From a virus, in the IMG/VR virus record IMGVR_UViG_3300035670_000137, positions 12,782 to 76,781 of that record: a stretch of DNA of 64,000 nucleotides. The stretch is one strand, 5' to 3'. A program made the position numbers and the translations under genes. The notes beneath the pieces were generated by a model. It was not told the DNA's origin and did no database searches. It saw nothing but the letters and a program-made list of their open reading frames with translations. Below, one piece after another: positions 49,451-59,703 of this stretch (the stretch's first letter is position 1; each line of letters begins with the position of its first letter).

Positions 49451-49526
49451 GCTACTTTAGCTCAGTTGGTAGAGCACCGCACTTGTAATGCGGGGGTCGT
49501 CAGTTCGAATCCGACAAGTAGCACCA
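49451..49526 (+). tRNA. tRNA-Thr(UGU)
   Basis: Cloverleaf, CCA. Confidence 0.93.
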
Positions 49527-49527
49527 T

Positions 49528-49603
49528 ATCCCATGAAGTGTAATGAATTTGCACGCAACGCTACGGACGTTGAAGAACGGTTTGATTCCGGCATGGGGTG
49601 CCA
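49528..49603 (+). tRNA. tRNA-Arg(ACG), degenerate T arm
   Basis: CAACG-CTACGGA-CGTTG anticodon arm, GCCA. Confidence 0.8.
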
Positions 49604-49608
49604 AATAT

Positions 49609-49682
49609 GGGGGTAAAGCTTTAAGGTGAAGCAACTGGCTTTTAACCAGTAGAACAGGGGTCACTACCCTGTACCCCTACCA
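49609..49682 (+). tRNA. tRNA-Lys(UUU), atypical T loop
   Basis: ACTGG-CTTTTAA-CCAGT arm, ACCA. Confidence 0.85.
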
Positions 49683-49811
49683 TTTAAGGAATTATACGGG
49701 TAAGACGTCTTATCGGTATAATTTGAGCCGGGGAAGTGGAATCTAGTAGTGACCGGCACTAGATCTATTGGATAAATAGTACATGAAAGAATTCCACCCT
49801 AAATTAACAAT

Positions 49812-49887
49812 GCGTGCTTAGCTCAGCTGGTAGAGCGGAACGTTGCCAACGTTCAGGTCGCAGGTTCGAACCCTGTAGCCCGCGCCA
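49812..49887 (+). tRNA. tRNA-Gly(GCC)
   Basis: Cloverleaf, CCA. Confidence 0.9.
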
Positions 49888-49901
49888 AACACATACAAAA
49901 T

Positions 49902-50008
49902 TATACGCTGCACTTATAAGAGATACTTCATAAGTTCGACTCTTATATCCGGGGCCACTATCCCGGATACGCCGTTGGTGGCATACTCTTATTACCTTTT
50001 CTCGTATA
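49902..50008 (+). ncRNA. Y-RNA-like element 4 with YrlA-type tRNA-mimic domain
   Basis: Same G-CTGC / ATACTTC / TTTTCT-C frame; contains T arm ATAAG-TTCGACT-CTTAT, loop-closed stem ATCCGGG/CCCGGAT and D-like hairpin GCC-GTTGGT-GGC. Confidence 0.78.
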
Positions 50009-50018
50009 TACCAAAATT

Positions 50019-50357
50019 ATGAAACTATATATCGCCGTATTAGATGAAGTACCAGACCATATGGTTCCTACACTAGTAGCTCACACTGTATTAGGTGCAA
50101 ATGAAGCCTTTAGATTTTATCCTGCGTATCAGGAATGGTTAAATACGTCTTTTAAGAAAGTAGTACTAAGAGTTAATCGTAAAGAGTTTCAAAAGATAAC
50201 GGAACTTGGTGGAGATAAAGTATATTTAGGGTATGAAAATACTACTCTAAATGCTATATACTCTTGTGCTATAGTACTACCAGGTACTCAGGCCAACGTA
50301 CTTAAATTTGCCAAAATGTGGAAACCTAAGTATGAAGACAATTTTCCTAGATATTGA
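50019..50357 (+). CDS. Peptidyl-tRNA hydrolase Pth2-like protein
   Basis: KLYIAV...LVAH...EWL...KKVVLRV pattern. Confidence 0.6.
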   Translation: MKLYIAVLDEVPDHMVPTLVAHTVLGANEAFRFYPAYQEWLNTSFKKVVLRVNRKEFQKITELGGDKVYLGYENTTLNAIYSCAIVLPGTQANVLKFAKMWKPKYEDNFPRY

Positions 50358-50802
50358 CGGCGTACTAAACAATACAGCTACTTACATATATAATAGACAA
50401 CAAAGCCCTAGTAAAAAGTATATAGGGTACAGCCATAGACATATGGATGAAGTAGACCCTAGGTTGCTAGGGTTAGTGCGATACATAGTAGATGAAACAG
50501 GCGCTAAGATAGTAATATCTTCTAGTTGGAGAATAATCCATACGCAGAATGAAATTGCACAAGTGTTTGCATATAATGGGTGGCTAGACGCTCCTATTAT
50601 AGATATGACTCCTAAGTCTATGGACGCTTTTAGAGGAAATGAGATAAAGGCTTGGTTAGATAGCGATGAGTACACTACTAAATACGCTATTTTAGATGAC
50701 GGAACAGACTTTTATGAGCATCAGCCCCTATTCCGTACAGATGCTACAGTAGGACTTACTTTTATAATAGCTCAGAAAGTAATAGAATTTCTCAATAATT
50801 AA
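50332..50802 (+). CDS. HAD phosphatase of the RNA-repair-associated (Swiss Army Knife) type
   Basis: IFLDIDGVLN, IVISSSWR, RG.EI..WL, YAILDD. Confidence 0.85.
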   Translation: MKTIFLDIDGVLNNTATYIYNRQQSPSKKYIGYSHRHMDEVDPRLLGLVRYIVDETGAKIVISSSWRIIHTQNEIAQVFAYNGWLDAPIIDMTPKSMDAFRGNEIKAWLDSDEYTTKYAILDDGTDFYEHQPLFRTDATVGLTFIIAQKVIEFLNN

Positions 50803-50803
50803 T

Positions 50804-50878
50804 GGTGCTTATAGTGTAATGAGAGCATTTGTCTCTGTGAAAGACAAGGACTGAGATTGAAACTCAGTAGGCACCCCA
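50804..50878 (+). tRNA. tRNA-His(GUG)
   Basis: G-1, C73, anticodon GTG. Confidence 0.88.
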
Positions 50879-51212
50879 ATAGCTCAAAAAATTCTGTATT
50901 GAAAAATTTTTGCAAAAGGCGTATAATTTAAAAATGGCAAATGAGAACAATCCACGAAAGTTTAAAGTTTGGGATACAGCAGCACTCAATACTGCCATGT
51001 ATAATGCAGCAGAAATTAAACATAAGCTAGAGGAAGTATGTAATAAAGCAGGACTTCCATTAGATGAAATTAAGCCGACCCTAATATCTTCAGAATTGCT
51101 TTATCTCTTAGCAGAATCTTATTTAGAAGCATATGACGCATTACTTAGGGAAAACCTAATTCATACTACTAGCCCACATAAAACAAAACCCACAATTCAT
51201 TAAGGAAAATAA

Positions 51213-51566
51213 ATGGCCTGGACCGACGAAGACAAGCAGAAAGTAATTGCCGCATACAAGAGCGCTAATCCTACTCCTGAAACCTCAACTGAAATTATTA
51301 AAGACATCGCTGAAGAAATGGATCAGTCCCCCAATGGGATTCGTATGATTCTTGTTCAAGCTGGTGTATACGTTAAGAAGGAAGCTGCAACTGGGGGCAC
51401 TACCAAGAAGGAAGGTGCTGAAGGTACTAAGCGTGTTTCTAAGGAATCCCAAATCGCGGCACTTAAGGCCGCAATTGAAGACTTCGGTGCAGAAGTCGAC
51501 GACGAGATTCTTGATAAGCTGACCGGCAAAGCCGCTGCTTATTTCGTAAAAGTTCTCAGCAAGTAA
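51213..51566 (+). CDS. DNA-binding protein, distantly A2-like
   Basis: WT....VI.AY...IAEEMDQSPNGIRMILV.AGVYVKK; followed by terminator at 51584-51608. Confidence 0.65.
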   Translation: MAWTDEDKQKVIAAYKSANPTPETSTEIIKDIAEEMDQSPNGIRMILVQAGVYVKKEAATGGTTKKEGAEGTKRVSKESQIAALKAAIEDFGAEVDDEILDKLTGKAAAYFVKVLSK

Positions 51567-51862
51567 TCTTGCTGTGCTATCAAAGGCAGCTTTCGGGCTG
51601 CCTTTTTTATTGGATTTAGTATGAATATCTACAATAGAAATCTAGATGCACTAAGAGAAAAAGCCCGTAAAGATTGGGAGAACGAAGAAATAGAAGCAGT
51701 AGGGGACTTTGAAACCTACTTTAGTGGTTATCTAGCTTGTTTAAAAAGATTTGGTGGATCGTTTAAAAGAACGCATAAAGAATCTTGGGAAGGAGATGTA
51801 GATCGTCAAAGTGGTGCCTTCACGGATTGGGAAATACAAAACGCAACAGCTTGGAGATAAGA

Positions 51863-52465
51863 ATGGCGCGCAAAACCGCAAGAAGTGATGATGAGAGGCT
51901 GGATGACAATTCGCTAGAAAGAGTTATTGCGTATCTGCAAGAAAAAGGCGCGACTAAAAAAGTAGCCTGCCAAATTCTTAACATTAGTTATAATACTTCT
52001 AGACTAGATAAGCTGATTGAAACTTATAAGCAGAAGAAAGAAAACGATGCGCGTCGTCGCGCGGAAAAGCGAGGTAAGCCCGCTACAAAGGAAGAAGTAT
52101 CCTTTATCGTATCGGAATACCTTGAAGGAAATACTCTAGATAGTATTAGCAAATCGCTATACCGCGGAACCTCATTTATTAAGAACATTCTGGATGCTTA
52201 TGCAGTACCAGAGCGTAATAGCTCGCCCGATTACTTCAAACCTAGGCTAATACCTGACGAAGCAGTTCGCACAGAGTTCAAGGAAAATGAGATAGTCTAT
52301 TCAGCCAGGTATGACACTTTGGCTAAGATTATAAAAGAAGTACCCCATAAGCTTGGCAAAGTATATCAGATTTGGCTAAAGGGTGAGTGGCAGCAGTACG
52401 CATATCAGCCCGCTTGGGAACTTGCTAGTTTGCAGAAACTAAGAGAAGAAGGGATCATGTTGTGA
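51863..52465 (+). CDS. Conserved T5-like hypothetical HTH protein
   Basis: TKK.AC.ILNI.YNT.RL...ISKSLYR; GGAG RBS. Confidence 0.7.
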   Translation: MARKTARSDDERLDDNSLERVIAYLQEKGATKKVACQILNISYNTSRLDKLIETYKQKKENDARRRAEKRGKPATKEEVSFIVSEYLEGNTLDSISKSLYRGTSFIKNILDAYAVPERNSSPDYFKPRLIPDEAVRTEFKENEIVYSARYDTLAKIIKEVPHKLGKVYQIWLKGEWQQYAYQPAWELASLQKLREEGIML

Positions 52466-53034
52466 CAGATACAGTAACAATGCAAGAGGCCCTAGTAGAA
52501 TTGCTAGACGAAATGGCGTTGCCTAAGCCGATTGATTGGGAAAGTATTAACTATGAGCCGATCAGGAATCTATCTATATTAAATGCTTTAGATACTTATA
52601 ACAAGATATCTAGTAATGATGTTATGGGTAACAGTGAGAAGATTATGTCACTACTAGGTATTATAGCTTATTTACAGATGGAAAATGCAGCTCAATGGAT
52701 TATGATAGAAAGGTATAAGCAAAGTGCAGCTAAGATGGATGATTGAGCGTAACATTTATGAATACTTTAATGCCGATTCTGACCCTAAATTGCAGCAATC
52801 TGTAGATGGCATTAATTGGGAAAACATTCCAAGGATACTAGTAGAAAATGATAGACGAGTACGTACGGAACAGAGCAATCAAGAGGTACAATTTCCTAAA
52901 GCAGTACAAACTAGCGTGTCCATCATGCCGCAGTACCCAAACACGACCAATGACCTGGAGCAGGGTGCTCGCCAAATGGATATGTATGATATGTGGAAAC
53001 CCGTTCCGCTTTGAACCCATAAAGGATATAACTA

Positions 53035-53691
53035 ATGAGTGTAAAGATAGTAGCAATAACAGTACCGCGAATTGAAGGCATAAGTACCGCGGAAGAATTT
53101 ATAGCATATGCGGCCAGGGTATCAAATCCGGGAAATCAGATAAATAATGAATCTGCGCCCAAGCTCCTAAAATATCTTGCTAAACATAAACATTGGTCAC
53201 CATTTGAGATGGTCGATGTAGTAATGGAAATAGTCACTACTAGAGATATTGGTAGACAGATACTACGGCATCGTTCTTTTAGCTTTCAAGAGTTTAGTCA
53301 AAGATACGCAGAAGTAGCTAATGAACCAGTATTTAGGGAAGCTAGGCTACAAGATCAGAAAAACCGTCAAAATAGTATTAAAATAGATGATGAATCCAAA
53401 CTACACCTGGCTTGGCGTGCTATGCAAAATGATGCTGCTGAAATTTGTAGAGCGCATTATACTAATGCACTACAGATGGGGATTGCGAAAGAACAAGCCC
53501 GAGCGGTGCTTCCCGAAGGTCTAACCAGCTCAACTATGTACATGAAGGGCAGTCTTCGTAGCTGGATTCACTATTGCGATCTTCGTATGGCACATGGAAC
53601 TCAACTAGAGCATCAGGAAATAGCTTATAAAGCTTGGAGTTTGATTCTGAAAGAGTTTCCATCATTGTCAGAGGTATTAGATGGAAATTAG
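53035..53691 (+). CDS. thyX: Flavin-dependent thymidylate synthase
   Basis: HWSPFE, RHRSFSFQEFSQRY, EQARAVLP, LR...TQ.E. Confidence 0.96.
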   Translation: MSVKIVAITVPRIEGISTAEEFIAYAARVSNPGNQINNESAPKLLKYLAKHKHWSPFEMVDVVMEIVTTRDIGRQILRHRSFSFQEFSQRYAEVANEPVFREARLQDQKNRQNSIKIDDESKLHLAWRAMQNDAAEICRAHYTNALQMGIAKEQARAVLPEGLTSSTMYMKGSLRSWIHYCDLRMAHGTQLEHQEIAYKAWSLILKEFPSLSEVLDGN

Positions 53692-53897
53692 TACTGAGGA
53701 TATTGAAATTAAATCTTATGAGCCTATAGATTCTGAACCCTGGCACTACTTTGCTGTAATTAAAACGGGTACCGGCCATTGGAGTATAAGCTATACTTTT
53801 CCTATGACTGATAAGCAGAAATTGCTTAATCAATTAAATGATGGAAGGGTATACTATGAACAAACAGAAGCTAGAATAATGAAAGTGAGACTTCCAA

Positions 53898-54191
53898 TTG
53901 GACTCTGAAGTTCTATTTGAAAAGATAATTTACGAGAACGAACCTAAAGCGTACCAATTGCGTCTAGTGCTTAACGAATTCCGAGAAAAACAATACCTTC
54001 ACCTTAGGAAGTATTTTTTATCCTTCGAAGATGGTTATATTCCGACGAAAGAAGGTGCATCTATGGAGGCTTCTATAGCTAACATATACGCATTACTTGA
54101 TGCACTTCTAGAGTTAGTATCAACTGCGGAAGGCATTGACGGAATAGAAAAACATTTTGCAGATAAGATACGAGAGCTAAAAAATGACTGA
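53898..54191 (+). CDS. PC4-like ssDNA-binding protein
   Basis: NEFREKQYLHLRKYF....G.IPTKEG. Confidence 0.75.
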   Translation: MDSEVLFEKIIYENEPKAYQLRLVLNEFREKQYLHLRKYFLSFEDGYIPTKEGASMEASIANIYALLDALLELVSTAEGIDGIEKHFADKIRELKND

Positions 54192-56718
54192 CGAAGAAAT
54201 CATCGAGATGGCGAACCTAGCCGGATGCACCAGAGGCTCAACGCTAAACATCATCACCTTCGCCCGACTCATCGCCGCACGGCAGCGAGAGGAAATAGCG
54301 GAATGGTGTGATACGCAACCGTTGTTTGGTGCGAACTTCGCCGCCGCGATCAGGGGGCAGAAATGAGCAGATCAGGAATAGCAGGAATGCCGAGCGTTCC
54401 ACCACCCGCACCATCGGAGCCTACCAATTTAGAACGTGACTATCACGAACTTCTACTCAGCTACGACAAATTGTTCGATGAAGCTATTGCGCTTCGCAAG
54501 GATGCAGTTCGGTACAGGTGGCTGCGGAATGGCAACGCATACTTTCCAGAAGAACAGATGGTGATGGGTGGAGAAGAACTCGACTCAGCTATCGACGCCG
54601 CGATCAGGGGGAAGAAATGAAACTGACTAAAGAAAGTTTACAAGCAGAACTAGACGAGTGCCTTGACCCGCTAGACATCGACGGTATCTGTTTCATGTGG
54701 CTACGAATGGCAGCAAGTGAGAACGAGTCAAAAACAGGACTAGCTATTCGGCACATTCTTGATGCGCTTGAGGAGTTAATGGAATGACCAAGGCATACCT
54801 TGTATCAGAGGAACTGTTGCGTCAGGTGTTGGAGGGCTTGAAGTACGGGGCAATGAGAATACCCACTGGAGCAACCGGATACGCAGAAGCCTATGGAGCT
54901 ATCGAAGCGCTCCGCACCATCCTCGCCAAGGAACCGAGTGAGCCGGTGGCTTGGCTGTTCAAAGACCTAACTTGGACGCCGATCAAGGCAATGGGGGTAG
55001 ATCACAACGGTATGCCTGTGTTTGTAAAGGACTCAGCATGAACCTCACCGAACTGGAGCAACTGGCGAAGGACGCGCAACCCGACCTGATACTTGACGGC
55101 GACTTATTCCGCAAGTGCCGAACAGTGACCATCGAACAGAAAGACATCCTGAACCTGATCGCCCTGCTGCGTGAGATGAGGGAGGCGTTGGAGATCGCAG
55201 TTGCCTATAACAGAGACAACGATCTGCATGAGTTCAATGCAGGCACTAACGCACTCGCCAAGTACAAGGAGATGATGAAATGAACCGACGAGACAGGGAC
55301 AAGATAGAGCCGCGAGTATTGGATTTACTACAACGCTGCGGGTTTGAAAAATACACAGAGGTAGCTTACGACGACAGTGAAGTAGAGCGGGTAAGCGGAT
55401 TGTATGAATCGTTAATCTCGTTTTACAAGAACGCATACATCGATGGAAAAGCATCAGCATACGGGAGATTATGGAAATGAACAAAGTTACACGATATTGG
55501 AACGACGCTAGAACGCTTAATGAGAACCCTGCTGGGATATTTGTCTTATACAAAGATTATGAAACCTTAAAGCAGCGCATAAAAGAACTTGAGCAAAACG
55601 AAGCCCACGACAAAGAAGTGAATACAAGATTGCGGTCGCAGGTACAAACGCTATCAAAAAGCCTACGCTCAGTAGAAGCGTTTTGGGCAACAAAACTCGC
55701 CGCCTGTGAGAAGGAGCGGGACGAATGGGAGCAGTCCTTCCATAACGAAAACGCATCCCATGCGGAAACTATGGAACAACTCGCCGCCAGCCAGCACTAC
55801 GCGCAGCAGTTGCGGAAGGCGTTGGCGGAATTGCGAATGGCGCTAAACACGGATGACTGGATTGGTGAGGTGCGCATGGTCGATTTCATTGACAGCGCCA
55901 TCGGTGATGAATCGACACGCAGGGCCCAGCTGAAGATTCCTGAAGGATGGCAACTGGTTCCTAAGTATCCAACCAGCAGGATGGAGCGCGCTGGGGTTGG
56001 AGCGGAAGCGGACTCATGTGGAATCGCATCACAAATTTACCGAGCAATGCTCGCCGCCGCACCTGACTATATTAACTAAGTTTGAAGGAGAATTGTGATG
56101 GACTTCCCTCATGATACAGATGTTCAGCACCTATTCCTAGGTGAGCTTACCCGTGATGAAGAAATCGAAACCCTACGCGCTAGGATCAGTGAACTTGAGT
56201 CACTTACCATAGTTCAAGAGAACCTTCCAGTGCCGGCACTGCGCAGGCAACTCGCCGCCTGTGAGAAGGAGCGGGACTCACAGTACGAACGCAACGATTA
56301 TCTACAAGGAAGACTCGCCGCCGTCGAAAAGGAGTTATCCGAGATACACAAGGAAGCAGAAACAAATCAGAAATGGGCTTTCCTTGAGTGGAAGCAGAAG
56401 GCAAAAGATTTGGAAGAACAACTCGCTGTCATGACGAAGGAGCGCGACAAACTCCTCGACCAGAAAACGAAGTGGGAAGCGTCAGTATTCAAAAACGCAT
56501 TCGGCGCTGACGAAGCAAAGATTCTGAATGATGTTCGGAAACAACTAATAGCTATGCAACGTGGTCAACTGGAGTATGAGTTTGAACTGGATGGTAAAAG
56601 GTATTATGGTAATCCAATACTCGAAGTAGGTAGACTTAAAAGAGAATTAGAAATCTGCAAAAAATGGCGTAGAGTAGGCTGGAAGAAAATTTTAGACTTG
56701 ACTACAGAATCAAATTAA
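54184..56718 (+). other. GC-richer block of eight small temperate-phage-like ORFs with internal repeats
   Basis: ATGA-coupled ORFs; motifs DAVRYRWLR, EPVAW, IPEGWQLVPK..T..M...YRAMLAAAP; repeats ACTCGCCGCCTGTGAGAAGGAGCGGGAC and CGCCGCGATCAGGGGG. Confidence 0.75.
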
Positions 56719-56951
56719 TCTATAATATTACTTTCACTGGGAGATTATTATGAAAGAAGCAAACCGTTTCGATCTTGAGCAGGAAATTCTTGAGTGCTGG
56801 GGTGTTACTGCTGATCTAGATCTTTTGTTTGAGGCAGTTATGGAGCAAGATCTATCACAAGATAAGATCGCTAATATTCTTCTAGGACTGAAGGAGCTAT
56901 ACGAGCTTAAGTTTATTAAAGCCTGGAATTCTTTCGAAGGATGTATTCGTA

Positions 56952-57902
56952 ATGGCCAACTTAGTTGAGTATCTAAACGAATGTGCTAGGCACTACTATC
57001 AGGGCAACCCTATCATTACTGATGAAGTATTTGATAGGCTTGCTGATAGTTGTGACTACAAGAACATAGGAGCTAAGCAGCATGAACATATTCAGAAGCA
57101 TTACTTCCCTATGTTCTCGTTACAAAAGTTCTACGAGGACGAGGGAAAAGTTAATCCCCTTAGTGGTGAGAGCGACGTATCATTCTCCATCAAACTCGAT
57201 GGAGCTGCTATTTCCTTGCTTTATGTTGATGGAAAGCTTACCCGCGTTCTTACTAGAGGAGATGGAACAGAAGGCACGGACGTCACAAATAAGTTCCTCG
57301 GATCTAAACTTGTTCCACAAGAACTACATCACGACGGAGTACTCCAAATTACTGGAGAAATTGCAGCCCCCAGTCACATACCTAATGCACGAAACTATGC
57401 CGCCGGTTCTCTAAACTTGAAAGATGTCAATGAGTTTAGAACTCGTGCAGTAGAGTTCTTTGCTTACGGTATGCAACCATACCATTGTGATACTTTTGAT
57501 GAAGATATGGCATTGCTAAAGCGCATGGGATTCAGTACCGTTAAGGATAACGAACTAGATAAGATCTACCCAACTGATGGTATAGTATTTAGAGTCAATT
57601 CTAACAGCAGATTTGAAGCACTTGGATATACTAGTAATCATCCCCGTGGTGCTTATGCTCGCAAAGAGCGTCCAGTAGGTGCTGTCACAAAACTAATTGA
57701 TGTAATCTGGCAGGTAGGAAAATCTGGTAAAGTAACACCCGTCGCGATACTTGAGCCGGTTATGTTAGGAGACGCTCAGGTTTCTAGGGCTACATTGAAT
57801 AATCCAGGGTTTATTGAAATGTTGGATATTCAGATTGGTGACATGGTACACGTTATCCGTAGTGGGGAAGTGATACCAGTAATTACCCACCGTGTAGAGT
57901 AG
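56952..57902 (+). CDS. ligA: NAD-dependent DNA ligase, adenylation + OB part (T5 ligA-like)
   Basis: YY.GNP.I.D..FD, KLDG, TRGDG..G.D, RN.AAG, DGIV, W.VG.SG.VTP. Confidence 0.95.
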   Translation: MANLVEYLNECARHYYQGNPIITDEVFDRLADSCDYKNIGAKQHEHIQKHYFPMFSLQKFYEDEGKVNPLSGESDVSFSIKLDGAAISLLYVDGKLTRVLTRGDGTEGTDVTNKFLGSKLVPQELHHDGVLQITGEIAAPSHIPNARNYAAGSLNLKDVNEFRTRAVEFFAYGMQPYHCDTFDEDMALLKRMGFSTVKDNELDKIYPTDGIVFRVNSNSRFEALGYTSNHPRGAYARKERPVGAVTKLIDVIWQVGKSGKVTPVAILEPVMLGDAQVSRATLNNPGFIEMLDIQIGDMVHVIRSGEVIPVITHRVE

Positions 57903-57980
57903 GATAGTGAAAAATTATTCTTGACAATTTATACCTATTATATTATAATATAAGGTATAAATTGTTAATGGATAATAAAA

Positions 57981-58838
57981 ATGACTTCAGGAATTTATAA
58001 ACTAGAGTTTAGCAATGGAAAAGTATACATAGGCCAAAGCGGTAACTGCGAACTAAGATTTTCTCAACATAAAAGGGAGTTAATAAATGGTACTCATACA
58101 TTAAAAATGCAACAAGCATACAACATGTATGGACTACCCTCCTTTGAAGTTATTGCCGAAGAAACAAACTTTGCAGAACTAAATAAACTAGAAAAAGAGG
58201 CTATAGAACTATACGATTCTATAAACATGGGTTATAATACCTGTGAAGGAGGTTCTTCACCTTACTATAAAGGTGAAGATAGCCCTAATTCAAAGTACAA
58301 AAAAGAAGACTATTGGAATGTTCTATATTTTTTAAGTGAACCCGGGTACTCTTGGAAGGAAATATCTTCTCTAACCGGAGTATCTGAGTATGTAATTTCT
58401 CATATATCTAATCTAGAAAGTCATAATTGGTTAGAAGATGAGTTCCCTATCCTCTATAAAAAGTTAAAAGATATAAGAAACTCTGATACTGGCAGAATGT
58501 CAGCTTTCATGCAAGGTATTACATATCCTAAAATAGTATCACCTAGTGGTGAGGTATTTGAAGTTAAACACTGCTCTAACTTTGCAAAAGAGCACAACTT
58601 GTTGCAACCTAAATTACACGAAGTTTTAACCGGCTCACGTAATCACCATAGGGGTTGGCATCTAGAAGGGTATATTCAAAACACTTATCCAAGAGTAAGA
58701 TCTCCCGATAATGAGATATACGATATACCTTTTAAAGGCGCGGCAGAATTTGCTAGAACACATAATTTAACACACTCCATACTACATTCTTTACTAAAAG
58801 GGAGGGTAAAATCCCATAAAGGATGGACTTTGGCATAG
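57981..58838 (+). CDS. GIY-YIG homing endonuclease between ligase halves
   Basis: SGIY...VYIGQS; two C-terminal SP.G...FA..HNL...H.GW repeats; own promoter at 57921. Confidence 0.9.
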   Translation: MTSGIYKLEFSNGKVYIGQSGNCELRFSQHKRELINGTHTLKMQQAYNMYGLPSFEVIAEETNFAELNKLEKEAIELYDSINMGYNTCEGGSSPYYKGEDSPNSKYKKEDYWNVLYFLSEPGYSWKEISSLTGVSEYVISHISNLESHNWLEDEFPILYKKLKDIRNSDTGRMSAFMQGITYPKIVSPSGEVFEVKHCSNFAKEHNLLQPKLHEVLTGSRNHHRGWHLEGYIQNTYPRVRSPDNEIYDIPFKGAAEFARTHNLTHSILHSLLKGRVKSHKGWTLA

Positions 58839-58938
58839 GTAAGTCAATGCTTATTTTTAGGCTACCAGCATCAAAAAAATTGACTTGCAAAGCGTTATCA
58901 AAAGGCGTATAATATTATTTATAAACTGATAGATAGAT

Positions 58939-59703
58939 ATGAAAATACAATTTCCTACTACCTGCCCTTGTTGCGATTATCCACTGGAAAGAGTTAATGA
59001 CCAGTTGTTCTGTCGCAATACTGCTTGCTCTGCTCAACTAAATAAAAAAGTAGAGCATTTTGCTAAGACCCTGGGCATTAAAGGATTTGGCGCTAAGACT
59101 ATTGAGAAACTTAATCTATCAGATCTGACTGAGCTATTCTACCTAGATAGAGATGAAGCAGTTGCAGCACTAGGTAGTGAGAAAGTAGTAGATAAACTTT
59201 TGGATGAGGTAAATCGTGCAAAAACGGCTCCACTCGCCACAGTATTGGCTTCTTTTTCAATCCCTCTGATTGGAGGAACTGCTAGCACAAAAGTAGCATC
59301 AGTAGTTAGTAGCATTGAAGAAATTACTCCCGAGAAGTGCAAAGAAGCAGGATTGGGGGAAAAAGCAACAGCTAATCTTATGGATTGGCTCCAAACAGAG
59401 TATTTAGAGTTGAAGGATTTTCTTCCTTTTGACTTTAAGTCTCACAGTAGTACTCCAGTAGATACTAACGCAGAAGTAGTATGTATTACTGGTAAATTGA
59501 AGTCCTTTAAAACTAAGGCCGAGGCAACAACAATTCTAACAAGTCTCGGCTTTAGAGTTTCTGAATCAGTAACTAAGACAACGAACTATTTAGTGGACGA
59601 AGAAAGCAAAAACAGTTCTAAGCGCAAAAAAGCTGAAGAATATAGAATTCCAATTATCTCTAATCTTTTAGATTTTATTAACAAGGTAAAAACAAATGAC
59701 TGA
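58939..59703 (+). CDS. ligB: NAD-dependent DNA ligase, Zn-finger/HhH/BRCT part (T5 ligB-like)
   Basis: CPCC...LFC.N..C, HhH IKGFG, BRCT VCITG...SVTK.T.YLV. Confidence 0.93.
   Translation: MKIQFPTTCPCCDYPLERVNDQLFCRNTACSAQLNKKVEHFAKTLGIKGFGAKTIEKLNLSDLTELFYLDRDEAVAALGSEKVVDKLLDEVNRAKTAPLATVLASFSIPLIGGTASTKVASVVSSIEEITPEKCKEAGLGEKATANLMDWLQTEYLELKDFLPFDFKSHSSTPVDTNAEVVCITGKLKSFKTKAEATTILTSLGFRVSESVTKTTNYLVDEESKNSSKRKKAEEYRIPIISNLLDFINKVKTND

Noticed and set aside
57903-58938. Intron splitting the ligase
   Set aside because: No group I core seen; both downstream genes have their own promoters; split ligA/ligB is normal in T5-like phages
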